NCBI GenBank assembly: GCA_035554875.1
Contig: DATMHP010000032.1
Location: 1 to 61,147 of the forward strand
DNA length: 61,147 bases
From: Sphingomicrobium sp.
GTDB taxonomy: Bacteria; Pseudomonadota; Alphaproteobacteria; Sphingomonadales; Sphingomonadaceae
Direction of reading: 5' to 3'
Below are positions 37,819 to 47,026 of the stretch, piece after piece. Under the pieces are notes generated by a model. That model was given only the letters and a program-made list of their open reading frames with translations. It was not told where the DNA came from and made no database searches. Both the position numbers and the translations under genes were made by a program. The stretch's first letter is position 1; the number at the start of each line of letters is the position of its first letter.

Positions 37819-38480
37819 TTCAGCTTCTCTAACAAAGCCTTCGCAGCTTCGGTTTCCGCTTCCTGCTTGCTCGGCCCTTCAGCCTCCGCTTCGCCGAGCG
37901 TCTTGATCGAAACGCGCACGGTGAACTTGGGCGCGTGATGAGCGCCGGTTCGCGACACCACTTCGTAATTGGGATTGGGCAGATCGCGTGCCGCTGCAAG
38001 TTCCTGGAGCGCCGACTTCGGATGCTTGGGCACGCCCCTTTGCTCGTCGATCAGCGGCGTCCACAGGCGGCGGATCAAAGCCTCCGCCGCATCCAGCCCT
38101 GCCTCGAGGTAAATCGCGCCGATCACCGCTTCGACCACGTCGCCGACGACATTGTCGCTCCAGTTGGCGCCGTCCTCGCGCGCCTGCTTGCCCAGCCGGA
38201 TCAGCGCGGGAAGTCCGATATCGCGCCCGACATCGCTGCAGGTCACCCGGTCGACGAGGGTGTTGAACCGGCGCGACAGATTGCCTTCCGGCTCGGTCGG
38301 AAAGCGCTCATACAGCCAACGGGCCATCACCAGACCCAGAACCCGGTCGCCAAGGAATTCGAGACGTTCGTAATTGTCGCCGCGGCTGCTGGAATGCGTG
38401 AGCGCCGCTTCGAACAGCGCAAGGTCCTTGGGCTCGTGGCCTAGCTGGTCGGCGACGAAGTCCGCGACGTCGGCGCTCAC
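37815..38480 (-). CDS. rnc: Ribonuclease III
   Basis: ALTHSS, YERLEFLGD, dsRBD HPKSALQE; GTG start at 38480. Confidence 0.96.
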   Translation of the reverse strand: MSADVADFVADQLGHEPKDLALFEAALTHSSSRGDNYERLEFLGDRVLGLVMARWLYERFPTEPEGNLSRRFNTLVDRVTCSDVGRDIGLPALIRLGKQAREDGANWSDNVVGDVVEAVIGAIYLEAGLDAAEALIRRLWTPLIDEQRGVPKHPKSALQELAAARDLPNPNYEVVSRTGAHHAPKFTVRVSIKTLGEAEAEGPSKQEAETEAAKALLEKLK

Positions 38481-39310
38481 TTCGGCTCCGGAGCAAGGCT
38501 GTGGCCGAGGCGGGCGCCACGAAGCGCGCTGAACCACGTCCACGGCTTCACGTAGCTGGAGCTTCCGTCCGTCGACCAGAATATGACGCTCCCCCTTCCA
38601 ACAAGATTTTCGACCGGAACCATGCCGATTCCGCCTTCGGCGACCGAGAAACGGCTGTCGAGGCTGTCGTCGCGATTGTCGCCCATCAGGAACAGGTGAC
38701 CGGCCGGCACTTTCACCGGCGAGATGTCATCGGCAATGGGATTATCCACCTGGTCGATCACCCTGTAATTGGCCCCGTTCGGCAGCGTTTCGCGATAGGT
38801 GGGGTAAACGCAAGCGCGTTTCGCACCTTCGCCGCTGACCACCGGCGTTGCGCCTGGCACGAGCCGGCAGGGGCTGTTCGCCGAGATCGCGATTCCCAGT
38901 GGCCGCGCATCGTCGCGGCGTACCGGCTTGCCGTTCAGGACGACATGGCCATCGCGGACCGCGACCGTGTCGCCGGGAAGGCCGATCACGCGCTTCACAT
39001 AATCTTGGCGCTCGTCGCCGGGCGGAACGAAGATCACGACGTCGCCGCGCTCCGGGAGGTGCGAAAGGATTCGGCCGCTAAACGGCGGAATTCCGAACGG
39101 AAAGCTGTGGCGTGAGAAGCCGTACGGCCACTTCGCGACTGCGAGATAGTCGCCGATGTAGAGCGTCGGCAGCATCGATCCGGACGGAATGCTGAAGGGT
39201 GCGAAAACGAAGCTTCTGAACGCCCAGGCGAGAATGGCGACGACGATGATGAAGCGCAGGGTTCCAGCGCGCTCGGCTCGACCGGATGTGCGGGCACGCG
39301 CGCGCTTCAT
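38477..39310 (-). CDS. lepB: Signal peptidase I
   Basis: IPSGSMLPTL, YVKRVIGLPGD, MGDNRDDSLDSR. Confidence 0.96.
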   Translation of the reverse strand: MKRARARTSGRAERAGTLRFIIVVAILAWAFRSFVFAPFSIPSGSMLPTLYIGDYLAVAKWPYGFSRHSFPFGIPPFSGRILSHLPERGDVVIFVPPGDERQDYVKRVIGLPGDTVAVRDGHVVLNGKPVRRDDARPLGIAISANSPCRLVPGATPVVSGEGAKRACVYPTYRETLPNGANYRVIDQVDNPIADDISPVKVPAGHLFLMGDNRDDSLDSRFSVAEGGIGMVPVENLVGRGSVIFWSTDGSSSYVKPWTWFSALRGARLGHSLAPEPK

Positions 39311-39387
39311 CGGCCGGTTGTGCGGGCGAGGCCGCGCTCACGTCAAGCTATGGCAATATCGCGCGCCTCCATTATGAGGCACGGCTG

Positions 39388-40884
39388 ATGCCGAAGCATG
39401 CCTGGAAACGGATCGACGAGTACAAGCTCAAGCAGCTGACCTCGCTTTTCGCCGAGGAGCCGGACCGGCTCGGGCGGCTTTCGTACGATCTCGCCGGCAT
39501 CTATTTCGACTGGTCGAAGACGCATCTGGACGGCGAATTGCTCGATGCCTTCCTCGAGCTTGCCGAGGAAAAGAATTTCGCTTGTGCCCGCGAGAAGCTA
39601 TTCGCAGGCGATGCCGTCAATGTGACCGAGAAGCGCCCCGCAGAGCATATTGGCGAGCGCGGCTCGGGCGCCCCCGATGCTGTCGAGCTCGCCGCGTCGC
39701 GACGGAGCCGGATGCGGGCGCTGATCGACGCAATCGAAGGCGGCGCTTTCGGCGATGTTACGGGCGTCCTCCACATCGGCATTGGCGGGTCCGTACTGGG
39801 ACCGCACCTGCTGGTGGATGCGCTTGCTAGCGAGACGCTCAGGCTCGATGTCAGCTTCCTGTCGAACATCGATCCGCAGGCATTCGATGACGCGGTCGCG
39901 GCGCTCGATCCCGCAACTACGTTGGTGGTCGCCGTTTCGAAGACGTTCACGACCGCCGAGACGATGGCCAATTTGGATGCTGCCATCTGCTGGCTTCGCG
40001 AGGCTGGCGTGGACGATCCTTACGGCCAGGTGATTGCCGTGACCGCCGACCCGGAGGCCGCGGTCGACGCCGGAATCGACGAGAGCCGGATCCTGCTGTT
40101 CTCCGAAGGCGTCGGCGGCCGCTATTCGCTGTGGAGCGCCGTCTCGGTCACTGCCGCCCTTGCGCTCGGCTGGAACGCGTTCGAGGAGCTGCTTGAGGGC
40201 GCCGCGGAGATGGACCGGCACTTCCGATACACCGCGACCGAACAGAATATCCCGCTGGTCGCCGCTTTCGCGGACCTGACCGCCACGCAGAAGCTGGGGT
40301 GCCGGACGCGCGGTGTGTTTCCTTATGACGAGCGGTTGCGGCTGCTCGTTCCCTATCTCCAGCAGCTGGAGATGGAATCGAACGGCAAGTCGGTGACCGC
40401 CGAAGGCAAGCCCGTTGGGCGCCCGACCGCGCCGGTGACCTGGGGCGGAGTCGGCACCGACGCCCAACACGCCGTCTTTCAGCAGCTTCACCAGGGGACC
40501 GAGGTCGTCCCGGTCGAATTTCTCGCCGTCGTCGAGACGGAGTCCAATCTTGCGGCCCATCATCGGCAGCTACTGCTCAATGCCTTTGCCCAGGGCGCGG
40601 CGCTGATGCGGGGGAAAGAGAGCGATGACGCGCACCGCAGCTATGCCGGCAACCGGCCGAGCTCGACGATCCTCCTCGACCGGCTCGACGCTCGCACTCT
40701 CGGCGCTCTTCTCGCCTTTTACGAGCACCGCACCTTCGCGAACGCGGTGTTGCTGGGGATCAACCCGTTCGACCAGTTCGGGGTCGAGCTCGGCAAAGAA
40801 ATCGCCCGCGACCTTGCCGAAGGTGAGGGCGAGGACAATCTCGACCCCTCGACGCGGGCCTTGATGGAAAGAGCAAAACTCTAG
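39388..40884 (+). CDS. pgi: Glucose-6-phosphate isomerase
   Basis: GIGGS.LG, VSKTFTT.ET, GGRYSLWS, QQLEMESNGK, FDQFGVELGK. Confidence 0.97.
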   Translation: MPKHAWKRIDEYKLKQLTSLFAEEPDRLGRLSYDLAGIYFDWSKTHLDGELLDAFLELAEEKNFACAREKLFAGDAVNVTEKRPAEHIGERGSGAPDAVELAASRRSRMRALIDAIEGGAFGDVTGVLHIGIGGSVLGPHLLVDALASETLRLDVSFLSNIDPQAFDDAVAALDPATTLVVAVSKTFTTAETMANLDAAICWLREAGVDDPYGQVIAVTADPEAAVDAGIDESRILLFSEGVGGRYSLWSAVSVTAALALGWNAFEELLEGAAEMDRHFRYTATEQNIPLVAAFADLTATQKLGCRTRGVFPYDERLRLLVPYLQQLEMESNGKSVTAEGKPVGRPTAPVTWGGVGTDAQHAVFQQLHQGTEVVPVEFLAVVETESNLAAHHRQLLLNAFAQGAALMRGKESDDAHRSYAGNRPSSTILLDRLDARTLGALLAFYEHRTFANAVLLGINPFDQFGVELGKEIARDLAEGEGEDNLDPSTRALMERAKL

Positions 40885-42224
40885 TGGCTGATTTCGACCT
40901 GTTCGTGATTGGGGCCGGATCGGGCGGAGTGCGCGCGTCCCGCGTTGCCGCCGCCCATGGCGCGAAGGTCGCCGTGGCGGAGGAATATCGCGTTGGCGGG
41001 ACCTGCGTGATCCGCGGCTGCGTGCCGAAGAAGCTGCTCGTCTACGGCGCGCATTTCGCCGAGGACATCAATGACGCGGCGATGTTCGGCTGGGACATCC
41101 CGACGAAGAAATTCAACTGGCAGGTGCTTCGCGACAACGTCCTCGCGGAGGTCACGCGCATCGAGGGCGCCTATACCGACACGCTCAACAATCACGACGT
41201 CGAGATCATCCATGAGCGGGCGGTGATCACCGGGCCGAATTCGGTCCGGCTGGCATCCGGACGAGAGGTGACGGCGGGAAAGATCCTGATCGCGACGGGT
41301 GCGCGGCCGCAGATGCTCGACATTCCCGGGATCGAGCATGCGATCAGCTCCAACGAGACATTCAATCTCGACCAGATTCCCAAACGCATCGTCATCGTCG
41401 GCGGCGGATACATAGCCAACGAATTCGCCGGCATCTTCAACGAGTTCGGGTCGAGCGTGACGCTGGTGAACCGGACCGACGTGCTGCTTCGTGGCTATGA
41501 CCAGCAGATCGTCGACCGCCTGATCCAGATCTCAATCCGCAAGGGCATCGACTTCAAATTCAACGCAAAGATCGAGCAGATCGAGAAGCTGGCGGGCGGC
41601 CGCCTGAAGCTGACGATGACGGGCTGCGACGACATCGAGGCCGACCAGCTTCTGATCGCCGCAGGGCGAATCCCCAACACGCAGGGCCTTGGCTGCGAGG
41701 ATGTCGGGGTCGAGCTTGGCAAGCATGGAGCGGTGAAGGTGGACGACGACAACCGGTCGTCGGTGGAGTCGATCTTCGCGGTCGGCGATGTGACGAACCG
41801 CGTGCAGCTCACGCCAGTCGCAATCCGCGAGGGGCAGGCGTTCGCCGACACCTTCTTTGGCAACATTCCGGCACGAGTCGATTACGGGTGCATACCGTCG
41901 GCGGTGTTCAGCCACCCGCCCATCGCCGCAGTGGGCATGACCGAAGGACAAGCGCGCGAGAGGCTCGGGTCGGTAAAGACCTTCACGTCGGATTTCCGGG
42001 CGATGAAGAACGTCCTTGCCGGCAGAAACGAACGCTCGCTGTACAAGCTCGTCGTCGATGAAGGCAGCGACCGGATCGTGGGAGTCCATATGATCGGGCC
42101 GGATGCGCCGGAAATCCTCCAGGCTGCGGCGATCGCCGTCCGGGGCAAGCTGACAAAGGCGGATTTCGATGCGACGGTGGCACTCCATCCGACGATGGCG
42201 GAAGAACTGGTGCTGATGCGGTGA
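40884..42224 (+). CDS. gor: Glutathione-disulfide reductase
   Basis: GAGSGG, GGTCVIRGCVPKK, GGGYIA, HPTMAEE. Confidence 0.95.
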   Translation: MADFDLFVIGAGSGGVRASRVAAAHGAKVAVAEEYRVGGTCVIRGCVPKKLLVYGAHFAEDINDAAMFGWDIPTKKFNWQVLRDNVLAEVTRIEGAYTDTLNNHDVEIIHERAVITGPNSVRLASGREVTAGKILIATGARPQMLDIPGIEHAISSNETFNLDQIPKRIVIVGGGYIANEFAGIFNEFGSSVTLVNRTDVLLRGYDQQIVDRLIQISIRKGIDFKFNAKIEQIEKLAGGRLKLTMTGCDDIEADQLLIAAGRIPNTQGLGCEDVGVELGKHGAVKVDDDNRSSVESIFAVGDVTNRVQLTPVAIREGQAFADTFFGNIPARVDYGCIPSAVFSHPPIAAVGMTEGQARERLGSVKTFTSDFRAMKNVLAGRNERSLYKLVVDEGSDRIVGVHMIGPDAPEILQAAAIAVRGKLTKADFDATVALHPTMAEELVLMR

Positions 42225-43810
42225 GCAACGATGCGATCATTATCGGGGCCGGCCACAACGGCCTCACCTGCGCCTTCTATCTCGCCCGAAAGGGTCTGAA
42301 GGTCACCATCCTCGAAGCGAGCGATAAGGTCGGCGGTGCGGCGGTCACCGACGAATTCCTTCCCGGTTTCAGGAATTCGGCCGCGAGCTACACGGTCAGC
42401 CTTCTCCAGCCCAAGGTCATTCGCGACATGGAGCTGGAGCGGCACGGACTGAAGGTCGTGCTGAGGAAGCGCGACAATTTTCTTCCCGGCGATGGCGATT
42501 ATCTGCTCGCGGGGCGAGGCGGGATTACCCGCAAGGAGATCAAGCGGCTGAACGCCGCCGATGCGGAAGGGTACGATCGCTATCTTGCCGAGCTCGAGAC
42601 GGTCGTGCGGCTCCTCAAGAAATGGCTGCTCCGTGCTCCGCCGAATGTGGGCCGGAAGATGAGCGCGATTCCGAAGCTTCTAAGCCTCGGGCGGGACATG
42701 GCCGGACTGTCGGTGGCGGAAACTCGGACCGTCTATGATTTCGCGGTCAAAAGCGCGGGCGACGTTCTCGACCGGCACTTCCAGGGCGATCTCACGAAGG
42801 CGCTGTTCGGCTTCGACGGAGTGGTCGGTAATTTCGCGTCACCATATGATTCCGGTTCAGCTTATGTGCTTCTCCATCACCTGTTTGGTGAAGCAGCCGG
42901 TGTCGAGGGGGCATGGGGTCATGCCATCGGCGGGATGGGCTCGATCACCCAGGCGATGGCGCGCGCCTGCCGCGAAAAGGGCGTCGACATCATCCTCAAT
43001 ACGCCGGTCGAGGAGTTGATCGTCGAGCGCGGCCGGGCCGCGGGCGTCGTGGCCGGCGGCAAGGCGATGCGCACGCCGATTGTTGCCGCTGGAGTGAATC
43101 CCAAGCTCCTGTTCGACCGGCTGGTCCCTGACGGCGCCGTCGATACGGATGTCGCGTCGCGGATGCACGGGTGGCGCTGCGAGAGCGCAACCTTCCGGAT
43201 GAACGTCGCCCTGACGGAGCTTCCGAAATTCGCCGTGCTTCCGAAAAAGGGCGATCATCTCAGCGCCGGGATCATTATCGCTCCCAGCCTCGCCTACATG
43301 GACCGCGCCTACATCGACGCGCGCGTGAACGGCTGGTCGAAGCAGCCGATCGTCGAAATGCTGATCCCGTCGACCCTCGACACGACGCTCGCGCCCAAGG
43401 GCAAGCATGTCGCCTCGCTGTTCTGCCAGCATTTTCGCTACGACCTCGGGCCCAGCCGCAGCTGGGAAACGGAGCGGGAGAAAGCCGCGGACACGGTCAT
43501 CGCGACGGTCGATGCGCACGCTCCCGGCTTTGCGAAATCCATCATCGGGCGGCAGATCCATTCGCCGCTCGATCTCGAGCGTCGGTTCGGCCTGATCGGT
43601 GGCGACATCTTCCACGGAAAGATGAGCCTCGACCAATTATTCAGCGCTCGCCCGATGATCGGGGCGGCGGACTACAGAATGCCGATCAAGGGCCTCTACC
43701 TGTGCGGGTCCGGCGCCCACCCCGGTGGCGGGGTCACCGGCGCTCCTGGCCACAATGCCGCGCAGGCGATCCTCGCCGACCGGCGGCCGTGGCGGAGACG
43801 CGCGGCGTGA
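42221..43810 (+). CDS. Phytoene desaturase-like FAD oxidoreductase (PYROXD2-like)
   Basis: GAGHNGL, GGAAVTDE, GGDIFHG, LYLCGSGAHPGGGVTGAPGHNAA. Confidence 0.88.
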   Translation: MSNDAIIIGAGHNGLTCAFYLARKGLKVTILEASDKVGGAAVTDEFLPGFRNSAASYTVSLLQPKVIRDMELERHGLKVVLRKRDNFLPGDGDYLLAGRGGITRKEIKRLNAADAEGYDRYLAELETVVRLLKKWLLRAPPNVGRKMSAIPKLLSLGRDMAGLSVAETRTVYDFAVKSAGDVLDRHFQGDLTKALFGFDGVVGNFASPYDSGSAYVLLHHLFGEAAGVEGAWGHAIGGMGSITQAMARACREKGVDIILNTPVEELIVERGRAAGVVAGGKAMRTPIVAAGVNPKLLFDRLVPDGAVDTDVASRMHGWRCESATFRMNVALTELPKFAVLPKKGDHLSAGIIIAPSLAYMDRAYIDARVNGWSKQPIVEMLIPSTLDTTLAPKGKHVASLFCQHFRYDLGPSRSWETEREKAADTVIATVDAHAPGFAKSIIGRQIHSPLDLERRFGLIGGDIFHGKMSLDQLFSARPMIGAADYRMPIKGLYLCGSGAHPGGGVTGAPGHNAAQAILADRRPWRRRAA

Positions 43811-45009
43811 ATGCGCCGCTGGCGGGAATCCGCGTCCTCGACCTCAGCCGAGTCCTCGCCGGCCCGTGGTGCACCCAATTGCTCGCCGATCTCGGCGCCG
43901 AAGTCATCAAAATCGAGAGGCCGGGGGCAGGCGACGACACGCGCCACTGGGGGCCGCCCTGGCATGTCCGCGAGGGCCAGAAAGTCGCTGCCTATTTCCT
44001 TTCCGCCAATCGCGGGAAGCGATCGGCAGCGATCGATTTCGCGACGGAAGAGGGGGCAGCGCTCGTCCGCCGCCTCGCTGGTTATGCCGATGTCGTCGTT
44101 GAGAATTTCAAAGTCGGGGGCCTGAGGAAGTTCGGTCTCGACGCAGCCTCGCTCCACGACGTGAACCCGCGCCTCGTCATTGCCTCGATCACGGGGTTCG
44201 GCCAGGACGGGCCTTACGCCAATCGTGCCGGCTACGATTATATCATCCAGGGCATGGGCGGGCTGATGAGCATTACCGGCAAGCCCGACAGCGAGCCGGG
44301 CGGAGAGCCGATGCGCGTCGGAGTCGCGGTCGCCGATCTCTTCACTGGAATGTACACCGCGGTCGCCATCCTCTCGGCGCTCTACAGGCGCGAGAAGAGC
44401 GGCGAGGGCGCTTATATCGACATGGCACTGTTCGACACGCAGCTGGCGATGCTCGCCAACCAGGCCTCGAACGCGCTCATTTCCGGCGAGGACCCGCCGC
44501 GGCAGGGCAACACCCATCCGAATATCGTCCCTTACCAGACGTTCGAGACGGCGGACCAACGGATCATCATCGCCGTCGGCAATGACCGGCAATTCGCTCG
44601 GCTTGCAGAAATGTGCGGCCATCCCGAATGGACCGAGGATGAGCGCTTCGCGACGAACTCCGCAAGGGTCGCGAACCGCGAAGCGATCGTGGGTTTGGTC
44701 GCCGAGTGTGTCCGTGCGCGACCTTCGTCCGAATGGCTGGACAAACTGGAGAAGGCCGGGATTCCCGCCGGTCCAATCAACACGATCACGCAGGCTCTAG
44801 ACGACGTCCAGGCGCAACATCGCGCAATGGTGCGGATGATCGCCGGCACTCCGCTCGTGGGTTCGCCGGTACGGATCGACGGTGCGCGCGCGGATTCCGG
44901 ACTGCCGCCGCCATTGCTCGGCGAGCACACGGCCGCGGTGCTTCAGGAGCTTGGGATCGGACCCGCCGAGATCGCCCGGCTCCAGAGCGAAGCGATCGTC
45001 GGCGGTTAG
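43807..45009 (+). CDS. CaiB/BaiF (family III) CoA transferase
   Basis: LAGIRVLDLSRVLAGP, ANRGKRS, ENFK, AGYD, VADLFTG; GTGA overlap at 43807. Confidence 0.93.
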   Translation: MNAPLAGIRVLDLSRVLAGPWCTQLLADLGAEVIKIERPGAGDDTRHWGPPWHVREGQKVAAYFLSANRGKRSAAIDFATEEGAALVRRLAGYADVVVENFKVGGLRKFGLDAASLHDVNPRLVIASITGFGQDGPYANRAGYDYIIQGMGGLMSITGKPDSEPGGEPMRVGVAVADLFTGMYTAVAILSALYRREKSGEGAYIDMALFDTQLAMLANQASNALISGEDPPRQGNTHPNIVPYQTFETADQRIIIAVGNDRQFARLAEMCGHPEWTEDERFATNSARVANREAIVGLVAECVRARPSSEWLDKLEKAGIPAGPINTITQALDDVQAQHRAMVRMIAGTPLVGSPVRIDGARADSGLPPPLLGEHTAAVLQELGIGPAEIARLQSEAIVGG

Positions 45010-45014
45010 CAGCG

Positions 45015-45695
45015 TCAGTCGACGCTGGCGCCCTCGACCAGCACATCGAGCTGGTTGTTGCAGCCATTCGCGATCAATGATTGTGCAGTGCTGATCGTGT
45101 CGTTCGGCGGACTTGCCAGAGTGACGAACGTCACCCGGGCCATGTCGCCGCTGCCCACCTGGCTGAGCTCATATTCGCCGCCGCTGGTTACCGGCAGCGA
45201 GGCCGGCCATGCGATCGTATCCTGGCCCGCGGCCCAATCGAGCGTCTGCTCGCCGCCACCGCCACGGATCGTCAGCTTGATCGCGTCGTCCTTTTCCGGG
45301 CGCCACAAGGTCAGCTTCGCAGCGTTGCCGACGCACAATTTTCCGCTCTGCGTGATGTCCAGATTCCATGGACTCGGGTTCAGCGGAACCGCGGCGCTGC
45401 GCATGGCGCTGAAGCGTGCGCGACGGTTGGCCTGCGCCGCAAGACCTTCGCCGGACGAGGCGACCGCGAAGGTTCCCGGTCCCCGCAAAGTCCTCGCGCC
45501 GTTGGTGTTGAGAAGCATGACGCTGTCGCCGGACTGAAGCTGGATCTTGGCGCTTTCCGGAAGCGCCTTGCCCGGCGGGTAAACCTTCGCCGAGGGTCCC
45601 GCCGCGCGGACGACGAGCACTGTTGCAACCGACGCGGACGATGCGGCGAGCGCGATTGCCGCCGCTCCGATCTTGAATAGCCGAGTAGTTCTCAT
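45015..45695 (-). CDS. Secreted hypothetical protein
   Basis: GAGGAGG RBS, signal peptide, beta-rich body, Cys pair. Confidence 0.75.
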   Translation of the reverse strand: MRTTRLFKIGAAAIALAASSASVATVLVVRAAGPSAKVYPPGKALPESAKIQLQSGDSVMLLNTNGARTLRGPGTFAVASSGEGLAAQANRRARFSAMRSAAVPLNPSPWNLDITQSGKLCVGNAAKLTLWRPEKDDAIKLTIRGGGGEQTLDWAAGQDTIAWPASLPVTSGGEYELSQVGSGDMARVTFVTLASPPNDTISTAQSLIANGCNNQLDVLVEGASVD

Positions 45696-45721
45696 CCCCA
45701 GGTCCTCCTCAAGCTTATTGG

Positions 45722-46423
45722 TCAGTGTGCGTTCGCTACGTTGTACTTCACCGTTTCTTCTGGAGTTAAACAGCGGCGTGTCGATTTGTCGTCAGCTTCG
45801 GCAATCGCCTTCTGCCGATACATCACGTCGGTCAACAGCTTTCGCGACACGCCCATCCGGATGAGGAAGTCATTGTCCTCGCTGGCGAGCATTGCCGAGT
45901 CCTGCTCGACGTCGCCGATCAGGTCGAGTGCCTGATCCGTCCCCTGCTTGATCTCTTCCCTGACGGCTTCCTTGTCGCCGAGATGCGTGAACATGTGGAC
46001 GACGAAATAACCGCCGTCATCCACGTATCGGATCGGCCCGCCCATGAAGACGAAGTTGCACGCGGAAAAGCATGCCCAGCCGCTCGGGATCCGGGTCGGG
46101 ATTCCCGCCGCGCGGATGATCTTTCCGGCTTCGTTGCCGGCGCGCGCGTTGCCGCCGGGCGAGCGGATCCAGATCTCCTCGATCGGAGCGTCCTGCTTGA
46201 GCGCGTCCTGGAGCCGCGCGCCGACCATGTCGTCCACAATCCCTTCCGCGTTGAGGACCCGATGGCCGCTCGACGTGTCGAGAGTGAAGCGCATCTCGCG
46301 ATAGGTCGACCAGTTGAGGTGCTTCGGGCAGGTGGGGTTGTCCGGGTCCATCTCGTCTGCCGCGACCGCTCCCGTCGACAACAGGAGCGCCGCGACGGCG
46401 ACGGCCTGGACCAAGGCGCGCAT
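45722..46423 (-). CDS. Exported ClpP/crotonase-fold protein (COG3904-like)
   Basis: Signal peptide from ATG 46423; IRSPGGN...CFSAC..VFMGG..R......VVH pattern. Confidence 0.7.
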   Translation of the reverse strand: MRALVQAVAVAALLLSTGAVAADEMDPDNPTCPKHLNWSTYREMRFTLDTSSGHRVLNAEGIVDDMVGARLQDALKQDAPIEEIWIRSPGGNARAGNEAGKIIRAAGIPTRIPSGWACFSACNFVFMGGPIRYVDDGGYFVVHMFTHLGDKEAVREEIKQGTDQALDLIGDVEQDSAMLASEDNDFLIRMGVSRKLLTDVMYRQKAIAEADDKSTRRCLTPEETVKYNVANAH

Positions 46424-46947
46424 CAGACCTTCACGTAGCCCGATTGTCCGGCCGCCCGGCACATCTTCTTGGGAACGGTCGTCTCTTCGCCGTCGACGAT
46501 GACCACGTCCGTGACGGTCATGCACTGGCCTCCGTCCGCGAGCTGCTCCTGGCCCGTCACCTTGGACGATCCGTGGACGTTGGGCCGGGTTTCGCTCTGC
46601 CACGTGGACTCGGTGCCGACTCCGCCGCGAATGGCATCGTCGGTGGCCTTGGCCGCCTGCTGCTGTTCCTTGCAGTCGAGCATCTTCAGCAGTTCGTCGC
46701 CGAGATAAGAGGCCGCGGGAAGGGCGGCGACCGCAATGGTTCCGGCTGTCCCGCCGACCGATCCGGCCACGCCTCCGGCGATGCTTCCGAGGATGCCGCC
46801 GAATATCGACCGTTTGGCCTTCTTCTGCGGCGTGTCGGCGCACTGCGTCTGACTATCCGCGGCTGCCGCTGCGGCGGCCTGCACAGGCAACACAGGAACG
46901 ACCGGCGCTGCGGTCAGCAGCGCAACAACCACCAAGATACGCGACAT
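46423..46947 (-). CDS. 17-kDa surface antigen-like (RT0821/Lpp0805-like) protein with glycine zipper
   Basis: GGILGSIAGGVAGSVGG, LDCKEQQQA..AT..A, W.S...G, C...C C-terminal domain; TGATG coupling to the next gene. Confidence 0.75.
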   Translation of the reverse strand: MSRILVVVALLTAAPVVPVLPVQAAAAAAADSQTQCADTPQKKAKRSIFGGILGSIAGGVAGSVGGTAGTIAVAALPAASYLGDELLKMLDCKEQQQAAKATDDAIRGGVGTESTWQSETRPNVHGSSKVTGQEQLADGGQCMTVTDVVIVDGEETTVPKKMCRAAGQSGYVKV

Positions 46948-46987
46948 GCCCCGACTCCCTGAATTTGCACAGATTATTAGGCTGCGA

Positions 46988-47021
46988 TTGACCGGTCAAA
47001 CGCGAGCGGAAATTTGACCGG
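46988..47021. promoter_or_regulatory. Candidate operator (TTGACCGG repeats)
   Basis: Perfect palindrome TTGACCGGTCAA (46988-46999) plus a second TTTGACCGG at 47013-47021. Confidence 0.35.
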
Positions 47022-47026
47022 CGCGG

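Noticed and set aside
42221-43810. Carotenoid gene crtI
   Set aside because: Motifs fit the PYROXD2-like branch, and no crtB/crtY/crtE is nearby.
46988-46999. FNR/FixK box
   Set aside because: TTGA-N4-TCAA, not TTGA-N6-TCAA.
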